From positions 33 to 64,032 of the forward strand of contig CAMBTM010000005.1 in the NCBI GenBank assembly GCA_945870825.1: 64,000 bases of DNA. The letters run 5' to 3'. Shown here piece by piece: positions 28,704-37,988 of the stretch (the stretch's first letter is position 1; every line of letters begins with the position of its first letter). The stretch is from Rhizobium sp. Q54 (GTDB taxonomy: Bacteria; Pseudomonadota; Alphaproteobacteria; UBA7879; VGCX01). The notes under the pieces are model-generated. The model searched no databases and was not told where the DNA came from. It saw only the letters and a list, made by a program, of their open reading frames with translations. Both the position numbers and the translations under genes were made by a program.

Positions 28704-30026
28704 ATGACAAAACGGAACATGATAAGCACGCTTCTTGGCAGTGTCATTGGAACAGCATTAGAATTTTATGGATTTATGCTCTTTGCTGTTTTCATGGAAA
28801 CCATCGGCAAAGAATTCTTTCCAACCCATAATGAAATGCAAGCTATTATGTTTGGAAGCCTTGCCGTCTTAGCCGCTTTTATCGGCAGACCCTTTGGGGC
28901 AACCCTTTTTGGATACATCGGTGACAATTACGGGCGCCGGATTGCCTTGATTCTTTCCATTTCGCTCATGGGAATCCCAACTCTTATTATCGGTATTTTA
29001 CCAGGATATGAATCCTGGGGAATCGCAGCGCCCATTATTTTGATCATCTGTCGTGTAGTCCAAGGGCTTTGCACAGGGGGAGAATACAATGGATCAGCAA
29101 TTTTTGCCCTAGAGCATATTGGCAAAAACTATCCTGGCATGTTCGGTGGCCTTATTACAGCCGCAAGCGTTCTTGGGGCCCTTTTGGCAAATTCTATCGG
29201 TATTTACCTCAAACAACCTGGTATGCCTGACTGGGGATGGCGTGCTGCCTTTGCTTTCGGCGTTATTGTCAGCCTTGTTGGTCTTTGGATTCGCCTTCAA
29301 ACCTCTGAAAGTCCAGAGTTCGAAAAACTCAAAAAGAATAAGAAAATTGAAAAGTCACCCCTTTTCAGTGCCGTTCGCAACCACTGGCCGTCTTCGATTA
29401 CAACCATTATTACAGGGACCCTGAATGGTATCCTAGCCTATACCCTATATAAATTTTTGGCCGTTTATTTGGTGCGTTGGTTTGGATATTCAGAAACAGA
29501 AGTCCTGAAGCTTGCTAACTTTGGTATTGTTATCTACATTTTTTCTGCTCCCATCATGGGGTACATCATGGATAAAACCGGCACAGAAACCTATATGAAA
29601 CGTGCCTGTATTTTCATCTGTTTTGCGGCGATTCCTATGTTTTACCTCTTCCAGCTCCCAAGCCTTGCCACAACCTATATGGCAGAAGCCTTGCTAGCGA
29701 TTACAGTTGCAAGTATCGCAGGCCCCGAACACGCCTTTATCCAACGTCTCTTTCCCGTCAAAGATCGTTATAGCGGCGTTGCCTTTAACTATTGTATTGG
29801 CATGGGAATCGGTGGTGGTATTATGCCTTGGGTTCTTCTTTATCTTGTGGACACAGTCTATGCCTTAGACTGCCCCAGCCTTCCCTTCGATATTAAAACC
29901 CTGGCGTTTTATATCCCAAGCCTTGCTATTATTGCAACAAGCATCGTGAGCTGGATCGCGATCCGCCACATCAGCCGGACATACCTTGCCATTCAAAAGG
30001 AAGATGAAGCCGACTTGGGGGAATGA
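28704..30026 (+). CDS. MFS transporter, ProP/MHS (proline/betaine-like) family
   Basis: IGTALEFY, RPFGATLFGYIGD.YGRR, RVVQGL.TGGEY.G, ESPEF, RYSG. Confidence 0.93.
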   Translation: MTKRNMISTLLGSVIGTALEFYGFMLFAVFMETIGKEFFPTHNEMQAIMFGSLAVLAAFIGRPFGATLFGYIGDNYGRRIALILSISLMGIPTLIIGILPGYESWGIAAPIILIICRVVQGLCTGGEYNGSAIFALEHIGKNYPGMFGGLITAASVLGALLANSIGIYLKQPGMPDWGWRAAFAFGVIVSLVGLWIRLQTSESPEFEKLKKNKKIEKSPLFSAVRNHWPSSITTIITGTLNGILAYTLYKFLAVYLVRWFGYSETEVLKLANFGIVIYIFSAPIMGYIMDKTGTETYMKRACIFICFAAIPMFYLFQLPSLATTYMAEALLAITVASIAGPEHAFIQRLFPVKDRYSGVAFNYCIGMGIGGGIMPWVLLYLVDTVYALDCPSLPFDIKTLAFYIPSLAIIATSIVSWIAIRHISRTYLAIQKEDEADLGE

Positions 30027-30041
30027 AGTCGTTTCAGGAAC

Positions 30042-30320
30042 TCAAAATAATCTTTTAAAAACAGCGTAAACGTTCTTATCGTTGCGCCTTCCGACCAAAA
30101 ATATGTCTACGATCTTTTGCGTTTCATTCGTCGCATAGATCACCCTGTATTCCCCAGAGTCACCCCTTTTATAAGGGGCATAACCCTGAAGATTTTTAGA
30201 ATCATGGGGAGAAGGATTCTCCCTGAGACTTTGTATTTTCTCAGTAATTTGTTTTTGATGTTTTAACGGGAGGGTTTTGATAAATTTTCCAACCCGTATC
30301 TCGAGTCTAATGTCATACAT
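30042..30320 (-). CDS. RelE/ParE-family type II toxin
   Basis: L.ENP.P.DSK.LQG, R.DSGEYRVIY, VGRRND..VY. Confidence 0.9.
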   Translation of the reverse strand: MYDIRLEIRVGKFIKTLPLKHQKQITEKIQSLRENPSPHDSKNLQGYAPYKRGDSGEYRVIYATNETQKIVDIFLVGRRNDKNVYAVFKRLF

Positions 30321-30338
30321 GATCTCCAGAGTTTCTCT

Positions 30339-30578
30339 TTATTTTTTTAAAATGTCTTCTAGAAAATTCTGACTTTCATCAACGGAAAGAAACTTTTGAT
30401 CTTTTTCAACTTCTTTCACTGCTTCGCCCCAGAAAAAATTTTCCAATTCTATAAAGCGATCATAAGAAATAAGTACGATGGAAGGACGACCCGATTTTTC
30501 AACAACAACAGGCACACGCAGTGCTTTTTCAAGATAGGTACCTGGTCTTTTATTGAGTTCTGTAGCAGAAATATTCAT
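30339..30578 (-). CDS. Phd/YefM-family antitoxin
   Basis: ISATEL....G..L..A...PVVV.K.GRP..VLISY. Directly upstream of the toxin. Confidence 0.9.
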   Translation of the reverse strand: MNISATELNKRPGTYLEKALRVPVVVEKSGRPSIVLISYDRFIELENFFWGEAVKEVEKDQKFLSVDESQNFLEDILKK

Positions 30579-30597
30579 GGCTTCACCTCTTTCTTGT

Positions 30598-30625
30598 TTT
30601 AGGTATAATACGTATTTTACCTAAA
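30598..30625. promoter_or_regulatory. Palindromic operator of the TA operon
   Basis: TTTAGGTATAATACGTATTTTACCTAAA is a near-perfect 28-bp palindrome about 20 bp upstream of the antitoxin start. Confidence 0.7.
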
Positions 30626-30662
30626 GTAAAGAGGGCCCTCTGTACAAATTAAACCGTTTCCC

Positions 30663-31304
30663 CTACCCCACCACCGTAATTTTCGCCAATAACAACCGGA
30701 TCGCAAGGCCGATCAAGATAACACCGGCAACGCGGTCAATAATATGGCGTTTACTGAGGAACCTTTCCCGCAAGATCTTGTTGGTTAAGAAAATTGCCGC
30801 AATGCTGTACCAAATCATGGATGAAAAAGACATGCTAAGCCCGTAACTGACACGCCACACCATCGGGGAAAGCTGCACACTTAAGAAAATGCTGAGGATA
30901 AACGTTGCCGCATGGGGATTCAAAAGCTCAGTAATATAGCCCATCCGGAAAGCGTGCCAAGAACTCATTCCTTTTGTTTCGTTGTGTCCAAGATCGATAT
31001 CTTTGGACAATTTTTGCCGTGACAAAAGGGCATTGACCCCAATGTAGGCGATATAGGCTGCACCACAGTATTTAATCAGATTAATAGCAAACTGAGATTT
31101 TGCAATTAACACACCAAGCCCAAACATGGCATAAGTTGCGTGCGTCAAAATCCCAAGACCCAATCCAATCGCCGTAATGACCCCCGACTTGCGGGTATTG
31201 GCCGCACTATTCCTGATAATCATCACGAAATCAGGCCCCGGCCCCACAAGCCCTGCCAAAAAGGGTCCCATCACAAAAATATATTCCGCCCAAAATGAAT
31301 GCAT
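30663..31304 (-). CDS. LysE/RhtB-family exporter
   Basis: PGPDFVM..RN, G..TA.G...G, GAAY..YIG, G.IT.LLNP. Confidence 0.92.
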   Translation of the reverse strand: MHSFWAEYIFVMGPFLAGLVGPGPDFVMIIRNSAANTRKSGVITAIGLGLGILTHATYAMFGLGVLIAKSQFAINLIKYCGAAYIAYIGVNALLSRQKLSKDIDLGHNETKGMSSWHAFRMGYITELLNPHAATFILSIFLSVQLSPMVWRVSYGLSMSFSSMIWYSIAAIFLTNKILRERFLSKRHIIDRVAGVILIGLAIRLLLAKITVVG

Positions 31305-31389
31305 GGCTCAATTCCTTTCTTTACAAAATCTTCTCTTTATATAAAAAGTATAGGTGTGTAACAAGGACTTTAACAGAAAGATCCAAAAA

Positions 31390-32766
31390 ATGACCATTAT
31401 CACCCGTTTTGCCCCAAGCCCCACAGGATTCTTGCATATTGGATCGGCCAGAACGGCGCTTTTTAATTGGCTGTTTGCACGCCAAAATAACGGCATCTTT
31501 CACCTGCGGATTGAAGACACGGATTACGAGCGGTCCACCAAAGAGGCAATCGATGCTATTTTCGACAGTCTTCAATGGTTGGGCCTTGGATGGGATGGGG
31601 ATGTGGTTTTTCAATCCAAGAACTGTACCCGTCACCAAGAAGTAGGGCATGCGTTATTAAACCAAGGGAAAGCATACTATTGCACCTGTACCCCTGAGGA
31701 CCTTGCCGCTATGCGGGAAAAAGCCAAGATGGACGGAAAGCCTTTAAAATATAATGGTCATTGCCGGGATAAAAACCATATGGCAGGGGCTTTGCGGCTT
31801 CGGGTTCAAGACACAGGCAGCACCACCATCGAGGATATCATTCAAGGCACTGTTACGGTTTCTCATGCCCAGCTGGATGATATGGTCATGCTTCGAAGTG
31901 ACGGGACACCCACCTATATGCTGTCGGTCGTTGTGGATGATCATGATATGAAAATCACCCACATTGTGAGAGGTGACGATCACCTGACCAATGCCTTTCG
32001 CCAAACTCAGCTTTATAAAGCCATGGGCTGGGATATCCCCATTTTTGCCCATATCCCCTTGATTCATGGGCCAGACGGTGCCAAACTTTCAAAACGCCAC
32101 GGGGCGCTGGGGGCTGAGGAATATAAAAATATGGGATACCTGCCGGAAGCCATGCGGAATTATCTGCTGCGGTTAGGGTGGGGGTACGGTGATGAAGAAA
32201 TTATCCCGGATACCAAAGCCTTAGCGCTTTTTTCCTTGAATCGTATCGGAAAGTCCCCTGCCCGCTTTGATATTCAAAAGCTGGAGTCCTTGAACGCCCA
32301 CTACATGAAAGAAAAAGATGATAAAAGTTTGGTATCACTAATGATGCCCTTCATGGCGATCCAGCCCACAACAGAACAGCAAGTGTTACTGGAAAAAGGT
32401 ATGCGGGGGTTAAAACAAAGGGCACGTACTTTGGTGGAACTGGCCAAGAATGCCTTATTTTATATCCACCCCCTACCGCTCCCCATGGATGAAAAGGCCC
32501 AAAGCCTTGCAACGCCTGCGATGAAAAAACTAGCCGTGGATCTTTTAAGCATTTTAGAGCTTCTCGACGTATGGACAGAAGAAGGATTGGAGTCTAAACT
32601 GCGCACCGTTTCACAAGAGTGGGGGATTAACCTGGGAGCGTTGGCTCAGCCTTTGCGGTTAGCCTTGACAGGATCGACTATTTCCCCCAGTGTCTTTGAT
32701 ATTATGCATGTTTTAGGAAAAGACAAAAGCTTAGAACGAATAAGCTGTTTTGCGGAGAATTCTTAA
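31390..32766 (+). CDS. gltX: Glutamate--tRNA ligase
   Basis: TRFAPSPTGFLHIGSARTALFNW, LRIEDTD, RGDDH, KLSKRHG. Confidence 0.98.
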   Translation: MTIITRFAPSPTGFLHIGSARTALFNWLFARQNNGIFHLRIEDTDYERSTKEAIDAIFDSLQWLGLGWDGDVVFQSKNCTRHQEVGHALLNQGKAYYCTCTPEDLAAMREKAKMDGKPLKYNGHCRDKNHMAGALRLRVQDTGSTTIEDIIQGTVTVSHAQLDDMVMLRSDGTPTYMLSVVVDDHDMKITHIVRGDDHLTNAFRQTQLYKAMGWDIPIFAHIPLIHGPDGAKLSKRHGALGAEEYKNMGYLPEAMRNYLLRLGWGYGDEEIIPDTKALALFSLNRIGKSPARFDIQKLESLNAHYMKEKDDKSLVSLMMPFMAIQPTTEQQVLLEKGMRGLKQRARTLVELAKNALFYIHPLPLPMDEKAQSLATPAMKKLAVDLLSILELLDVWTEEGLESKLRTVSQEWGINLGALAQPLRLALTGSTISPSVFDIMHVLGKDKSLERISCFAENS

Positions 32767-32904
32767 ATGACCCCAGAAAAAGACGACGACCTCATGGCAG
32801 TCAATGACAACAAACGTCCCAAAGTCAAAGAGGCCAATAAGTTCTTCGGCTGGCTGTTGTTGGTTGGACTGTTGATGATCGGGATTTATTTGTCGTTTTA
32901 TTGA
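32767..32904 (+). CDS. 45-aa single-TM small protein, not in the ORF track
   Basis: ATG directly follows the gltX TAA. MTPEKDDDLMAVNDNKRPKVKEANKFFGWLLLVGLLMIGIYLSFY. Ends just before the terminator. Confidence 0.55.
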   Translation: MTPEKDDDLMAVNDNKRPKVKEANKFFGWLLLVGLLMIGIYLSFY

Positions 32905-32913
32905 GAGTGTAAT

Positions 32914-32946
32914 AAAAAAAGGCAGAGAACGAATTCCCTGCCTTTT
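32914..32946. terminator. Bidirectional intrinsic terminator
   Basis: AAAAAAAGGCAGAGAA-CGAA-TTCCCTGCCTTTT between convergent genes. Confidence 0.8.
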
Positions 32947-32969
32947 GATATAATGCTATTGTGAAAATC

Positions 32970-34061
32970 CTATTCTTCTAAAATGGCTTTAGCAGCAGCA
33001 GCAGCGGCTTTAGTGGAAGCTGCAGATCTTATCTTACCCGCTATGATAGAAACGAATCTTCCCAAAGGGGCTAATGTCTTCTTAAAAATAGCATCGTTAT
33101 TCATATCCACCTGGCCATTCACAGACTGGATAAAATGGATGTACCGCTTGTGGGCATCAAAATCCAGGTGAATCCGCGCGTCGTAACCGTCGGCCATATA
33201 ATGCGGATGACCATATACCCCATACGGTTTGAACCCTGCAATAAAGGGATAACACTTCCCATCAAAGTTATTGACAAGATTGACTAATTTTTTTCGATTA
33301 TTGGCCAAATCTAAAGGATTCAAAGGATATATTTCGCAAGATTTCAGTTTTGCCTTTAATTTTTCATAGGCGTCCTCACAGGCTTTTTGGCGTACTGCTA
33401 AAGGATGCACACCGGGACCCCCTGCTGCCTCATGGTGAGGATGCGTTAATTGTTCCAACATATGAAACATATGGTAATAATTTCCATGGCTTATGATATG
33501 GCTATCTTCTGCCATAGTGATTACGTACCCAAAAAGACCTTTTTGTTTGTTTGAGAAAGCCTGAGCGCGTTTTTCTGCCGTATGATAAGCAGGCGGCTGC
33601 CAGTGATGATAAGGGTCCGCATCAATATTGGCATAACTGCCTTCTTGAAGATAACTGGTCACATCTGTAGGGCGGCCTATGAATGTTACTACAGGCCAAC
33701 TTGTTTCAATAGGTTGCGGTACAGATCCATCGGTGGGATAGGATCCTTCCCCGGGACGGGGGTAATGCCGAGAAACATAGGTAAAGGGGTCTGTTATTCG
33801 GGGAGTCCATGCGCATCCAGCACATTTGTTTTTATTAGTTTGTGTTGCAACAGATTGGGTTTCAGCCCTAGCTTTTACTTCCCCGTCCTCATCAGGAGAT
33901 ACAGCAGCCTTTTCAGACGCAGCAGCAGGAGATGCAGCAGGCTTTCTATCCGCAGTAGCCTTTCCAGGAGATGCAGGAACCCTTCTAGCCGCAGCCACAG
34001 CCACATCAGCTGTAACAACACCCACTGTCATCAAAGACATCGTCAAAAGAAATTTTTTCAT
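32970..34061 (-). CDS. Secreted hypothetical protein with an Ala/Pro linker, CxxC and a His/Tyr-rich domain
   Basis: GGAGG RBS, signal peptide MKKFLLTMSLM..., 363-aa ORF, own terminator. Confidence 0.8.
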   Translation of the reverse strand: MKKFLLTMSLMTVGVVTADVAVAAARRVPASPGKATADRKPAASPAAASEKAAVSPDEDGEVKARAETQSVATQTNKNKCAGCAWTPRITDPFTYVSRHYPRPGEGSYPTDGSVPQPIETSWPVVTFIGRPTDVTSYLQEGSYANIDADPYHHWQPPAYHTAEKRAQAFSNKQKGLFGYVITMAEDSHIISHGNYYHMFHMLEQLTHPHHEAAGGPGVHPLAVRQKACEDAYEKLKAKLKSCEIYPLNPLDLANNRKKLVNLVNNFDGKCYPFIAGFKPYGVYGHPHYMADGYDARIHLDFDAHKRYIHFIQSVNGQVDMNNDAIFKKTLAPLGRFVSIIAGKIRSAASTKAAAAAAKAILEE

Positions 34062-34099
34062 TCATTAGCCTCCACGCTATATTTACAATTATTTCTTCC

Positions 34100-34129
34100 A
34101 GGATACCCCCCCCCTCAATCTCCTGTCAA
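34100..34129 (-). promoter_or_regulatory. Sigma70-like promoter with a G9 tract in the spacer
   Basis: Minus strand TTGACA (34129-34124), 18-nt spacer GGAGATTGAGGGGGGGGG, TATCCT (34105-34100). Confidence 0.6.
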
Positions 34130-34140
34130 ATTGAAATTTA

Positions 34141-34602
34141 TTAAAACCTTAAGGATTCCAAAAACCCCTGCAAAATAAAAGAAGCCGCGGCTTTGTCTAT
34201 AGCATCTGCGCGTTTTTTCCGGGATACATCGAAGCTGAGCATCACATCGTCCATAGCTTTGGTGGAAAGGCGTTCATCCCAAAAAATAATGGGCATGTCG
34301 TGAAAAGATAAAAAATTCTGCACAAATTGCCGGGTTGATTGGCATCGGGGGCCTTCGCTGCCATCCATATTTAAAGGCCATCCCATGATCAACGCCTGAA
34401 CCTCGTACTCTTGGATAAATGCCACAATTTGACGCGCGTCAGGTTTAAATTTCACCCGTTGAATGGTCTTATAGGGTGTCGCGACCATCAGCCCCTTATC
34501 TGACAGGGCCAATCCAATGGTTTTTTCACCCAAATCCAACCCTATCAGACGCTTTTGGGGTTGCAATTGCTCTTTTAGCTGACTGGGCGTGATGAGAGGC
34601 AT
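34141..34602 (-). CDS. ruvX: YqgF/RuvX pre-16S rRNA nuclease
   Basis: GLDLGEKTIGLALSD, G.PLNMDG.EG, WDERLST, IDK.AA.FILQ. Confidence 0.95.
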   Translation of the reverse strand: MPLITPSQLKEQLQPQKRLIGLDLGEKTIGLALSDKGLMVATPYKTIQRVKFKPDARQIVAFIQEYEVQALIMGWPLNMDGSEGPRCQSTRQFVQNFLSFHDMPIIFWDERLSTKAMDDVMLSFDVSRKKRADAIDKAAASFILQGFLESLRF

Positions 34603-35231
34603 GGAAGAAATTCTTTCATAAACATTTCTTGAAGAATGGCATCCACTGTTTGAAGATCAGTCGCAATGCCCAGGTCTTGAAATGATGTTACTCCATAGCC
34701 TTCAAGACCACAAGGCACGATGCCCTGGTAATGGTCCAAATTGGGAGCAATATTCAAACTGATGCCATGAAAGGTAATCCAGTGACGGATCCTAACCCCA
34801 ATCGCCGCGATCTTGCACTCCCCTTTGGTGGGATGATTGACCCAAATTCCAACCCGCCCAGGGGATCTAAATCCCTCTATGTTAAAAGGCTTTAAGCTTC
34901 GAATCAGCCACTCTTCCAATGACCACACAAAATGCCGCAAGTCCTGGCCTCTGTTTTTAATATTTAGCATAAGATAAATGACCCGTTGTCCAGGCCCATG
35001 ATACGTACTGCGACCGCCACGGTTTGTTTGAAAGGTGGGAATATTCCCTTTGTCTAATATATCTTGGATTTGGGCGCTTGTTCCCATCGTATAAATAGGT
35101 TCATGCTCCAAAAACCAGGCACATTCTTGGGCCTCTCCCTTATGCATCCTTGCCACGTGCTCCTCCATAAAGGCCGTGGCTTCTGGGTAAGAGACAGAGG
35201 TTGACGAATATTTCCAGAGGATGTCAGTCAT
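34575..35231 (-). CDS. lipB: Octanoyltransferase
   Basis: LEH.PIYT.G, RGG..TYHGPGQ, KIAAIG, HG.SLN, IVPCG. Confidence 0.96.
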   Translation of the reverse strand: MTDILWKYSSTSVSYPEATAFMEEHVARMHKGEAQECAWFLEHEPIYTMGTSAQIQDILDKGNIPTFQTNRGGRSTYHGPGQRVIYLMLNIKNRGQDLRHFVWSLEEWLIRSLKPFNIEGFRSPGRVGIWVNHPTKGECKIAAIGVRIRHWITFHGISLNIAPNLDHYQGIVPCGLEGYGVTSFQDLGIATDLQTVDAILQEMFMKEFLPCLSSRPVS

Positions 35232-37188
35232 GGGTAGTGAACAAAAAATCCAGGCACTTCACATAATCTCTGGCATAAAAAGGCCTGATATGGCCAGCAT
35301 CTTTATAAATAAATGTGCCATCATCGGTCGCAGACCGGCAATAGTCCCCTTGGCAAAAATCCCCTTCAGGATTAATGAGATGGGCACCAGTACGCTCAGC
35401 AATGCCTGTCAGAATGACTTTGGTCCCTTGAGAAGATTTTTGCCATTCCTTGAAAGATCCTGGCTGTGGGGGGAAAATCTCCCAATACCCTATAAAATTC
35501 CGCTTTACAAGCGACATAGGATTATACTCAAAAAGCCCATTGGGGGTTGGAAGCATGATATAGACTTTTTTGCCAGCCTTGACGAATTCCCCAACCATCT
35601 CTTCCAAAGCCTTCAGCGCATAGTCTTTGCCTATCTTGGTTTCAAGGCCATAACTTGTGCCGTTTTTTATAACATAATATTCCGGAGAAAGCACAGAAAA
35701 ATAAGAAATCCAAGATGCCCCTATAACAATTTCTTGCACATCATCTTCTAATGCGTACTGGCGAAAAGATTTCATCAGTTCAATATTGTTTGGATCCGAT
35801 AAACGACCAATCCCAGGAATAGGACACATGCCCCCATAGTTTGCAAAGACGACGGATTTTTCATCCATGCCCCTCATGCGATATACTTTTTTAATCCGCG
35901 GACGATATTGTTCCATATGGCTATCGCCCAAAAAAAGAATCGTTGTCTTGTTTTTAACAGGGGTTAGTCGATATAAAGGAACATCATCAATTTTAAAAGG
36001 TATGACATCATCAACAAGAATATCCCAATCGCCTACAGCAAGTACTATCTTCATAACTTCTGGGAATTTATAGAACACAAAGGCTTTCACCTTCTCATAG
36101 CGCACAAACGATGCCGCAGCCCCAAGGAGAAGCATCAGCCCTAAAAGAACGGCCGCTCCCCGTCTTGATTTATTAAGGCGAATAGGGGTTTCCACAAACT
36201 TATAAACTAAATAGGCGAGAACGCCTGCCAACCCAATCAATCCAATTTTGACGTTATTCGTCAACAACGCCGGCTGAATAACATGAGGGAAGCTAATGAG
36301 AGGATAGTGAAAGAGATAGAGGGGATAACTGATAAGACCGATAAACACCATCGGTCGGATAGAAAGAATCTTAAAGACAAATGTTTGTTTTGTATTAAGG
36401 ATAACAAAGAAAGCCCCAAGGATGGGCAGTACTGTTAGATAACGAAACAAGGGGTGTCGATAATCCAACAAAAACAGACTCCCTAAGATTAATAAAAATC
36501 CAAGGGAATTCAGCCATGATTTTTTAAGCCCCTCCCCTTTTTTCAAAAGCTCCAGATACGCCACAAGGGCACCGGCCCCAAGTTCCCATACGCGCGTCAA
36601 AGGCATATAAAAAGCAAGATTGGGTTTATACCCCATCAAAAGAATGTTTAACCCATAAGACGCCACAATGGACAGTATAATAAAAGCAATAATCCCTTTA
36701 TCTTGCCGTAGCTTCCAAAAACCCCATAACACCAGGGGCCAGACCACATAAAATTGTTCTTCCACAGAAAGGGACCACAAATGCATCAAGGGCTTATGGA
36801 GACCTGCACCATCAAAATAACCAATATCGCGATATAAAGCCAGATTCGTACAAAATAGTGACCCATAAGAGATATACCGCCCCATCTGTTTGAATTCGTC
36901 GGGCAAGAAAACAAACCAACTATAAATAAGGAAAATGCTGGATACGATCAAAAGCGCTGGAAAAATCCGTTTGATCCGTCTTACATAAAACTCCACAAGA
37001 CTGAATGTATTATCCCTTAACGACCCTGCAATAATTTTGGAAATGAGATATCCAGAAATGACAAAGAAAATATCCACACCCAAAAACCCCCCTGGCATAA
37101 ACGCCGGGAAGAAGTGATAGATAATGACAGCAATAATCGCAATCGCTCGAAGACCATCAATCTCTGGCCTGTATTTGGCATGAAGCAT
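35224..37188 (-). CDS. OafA/OatA-type acyltransferase-3 fused to an SGNH domain (surface glycan O-acetyltransferase)
   Basis: YRPEIDGLRAIA, GGFLGVDIFFVISGYLI, HLWSLSVEEQFY, GDSH, YKDAGH. Confidence 0.93.
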   Translation of the reverse strand: MLHAKYRPEIDGLRAIAIIAVIIYHFFPAFMPGGFLGVDIFFVISGYLISKIIAGSLRDNTFSLVEFYVRRIKRIFPALLIVSSIFLIYSWFVFLPDEFKQMGRYISYGSLFCTNLALYRDIGYFDGAGLHKPLMHLWSLSVEEQFYVVWPLVLWGFWKLRQDKGIIAFIILSIVASYGLNILLMGYKPNLAFYMPLTRVWELGAGALVAYLELLKKGEGLKKSWLNSLGFLLILGSLFLLDYRHPLFRYLTVLPILGAFFVILNTKQTFVFKILSIRPMVFIGLISYPLYLFHYPLISFPHVIQPALLTNNVKIGLIGLAGVLAYLVYKFVETPIRLNKSRRGAAVLLGLMLLLGAAASFVRYEKVKAFVFYKFPEVMKIVLAVGDWDILVDDVIPFKIDDVPLYRLTPVKNKTTILFLGDSHMEQYRPRIKKVYRMRGMDEKSVVFANYGGMCPIPGIGRLSDPNNIELMKSFRQYALEDDVQEIVIGASWISYFSVLSPEYYVIKNGTSYGLETKIGKDYALKALEEMVGEFVKAGKKVYIMLPTPNGLFEYNPMSLVKRNFIGYWEIFPPQPGSFKEWQKSSQGTKVILTGIAERTGAHLINPEGDFCQGDYCRSATDDGTFIYKDAGHIRPFYARDYVKCLDFLFTTHD

Positions 37189-37409
37189 ATGACAATATTC
37201 CCTTCATAAAAAAATTGAGAATTCCCATAAACGTCCTTGCTGTCAAGAGACAAGATTTTTTCCATAAAAAATCACTATAAAAATTCTTTCTTTTTCATTC
37301 TACTGAGGTTTTTTATTACTTACCCCATGTATTCATTGGTTTTTTCACGAGGTTATTCGCCAATAATCGCCCATCATTTACTTATTTTTTACTTAACGTT
37401 CCGTATTTT

Positions 37410-37444
37410 CCCGTTGACACCCATAAAATCCCATGGTATCCCAT
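37410..37444 (+). promoter_or_regulatory. dcw promoter overlapped by phased CCCAT repeats (MraZ boxes)
   Basis: TTGACA at 37414-37419. CCCAT at 37420, 37430 and 37440 (10-bp period), CCCGT at 37410. The complement resembles the TGGGN MraZ box. Confidence 0.7.
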
Positions 37445-37512
37445 AAAGAGAGGATTGGATCCCAAGATCATCTATCCTCCTGCTGCACCAAAGCAATAAA
37501 ACGAGAGAATCA

Positions 37513-37977
37513 ATGGCATTGTTTTTGTCAACTTATGTGAATCGCATTGATAAAAAAGGACGGGTTTCTGTGCCTGCCCCCTTTCGTAATGCCTTGGGTG
37601 AAGATGCGCACAATGGCATTATCGCTTTTCGATCTTATCAATTGAATGCTATTGAAGGCATGAGCATGCAGCGCATGAAAGTGATTAGCGAGAGCGTTGA
37701 TAATCTGGATTTGTTTTCAGAGGATCAAGATGACTTTGCTGCCACCATTTTTGCAGATGCCCATCAGCTGAATTTTGACAGCGATGGCCGTATCATTTTA
37801 CCACAAGACCTATGCACCCACGCCAAGATTGACGACACAGTCGCTTTCGTTGGCCGTGGCACAACGTTCCAACTTTGGAATCCTGATGCTTTTGCAAAGC
37901 ATCAGCAAACAGCACGTCAACGCGTGCATGACAAAAGGGCCACCATTAAGCTCAAGACTTTCGAGTCTAAGGATTAA
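37513..37977 (+). CDS. mraZ: Division/cell wall cluster repressor MraZ
   Basis: IDKKGRVSVPA.FR, DSDGRIILP, F.G.G..FQLW.P. Confidence 0.96.
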   Translation: MALFLSTYVNRIDKKGRVSVPAPFRNALGEDAHNGIIAFRSYQLNAIEGMSMQRMKVISESVDNLDLFSEDQDDFAATIFADAHQLNFDSDGRIILPQDLCTHAKIDDTVAFVGRGTTFQLWNPDAFAKHQQTARQRVHDKRATIKLKTFESKD

Positions 37978-37988
37978 GCGGAGGGAAT

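Noticed and set aside
33582-34178. 198-aa plus-strand Arg/Ser-rich ORF
   Set aside because: Shadow of the GCT-rich minus-strand gene, with no RBS or domain.
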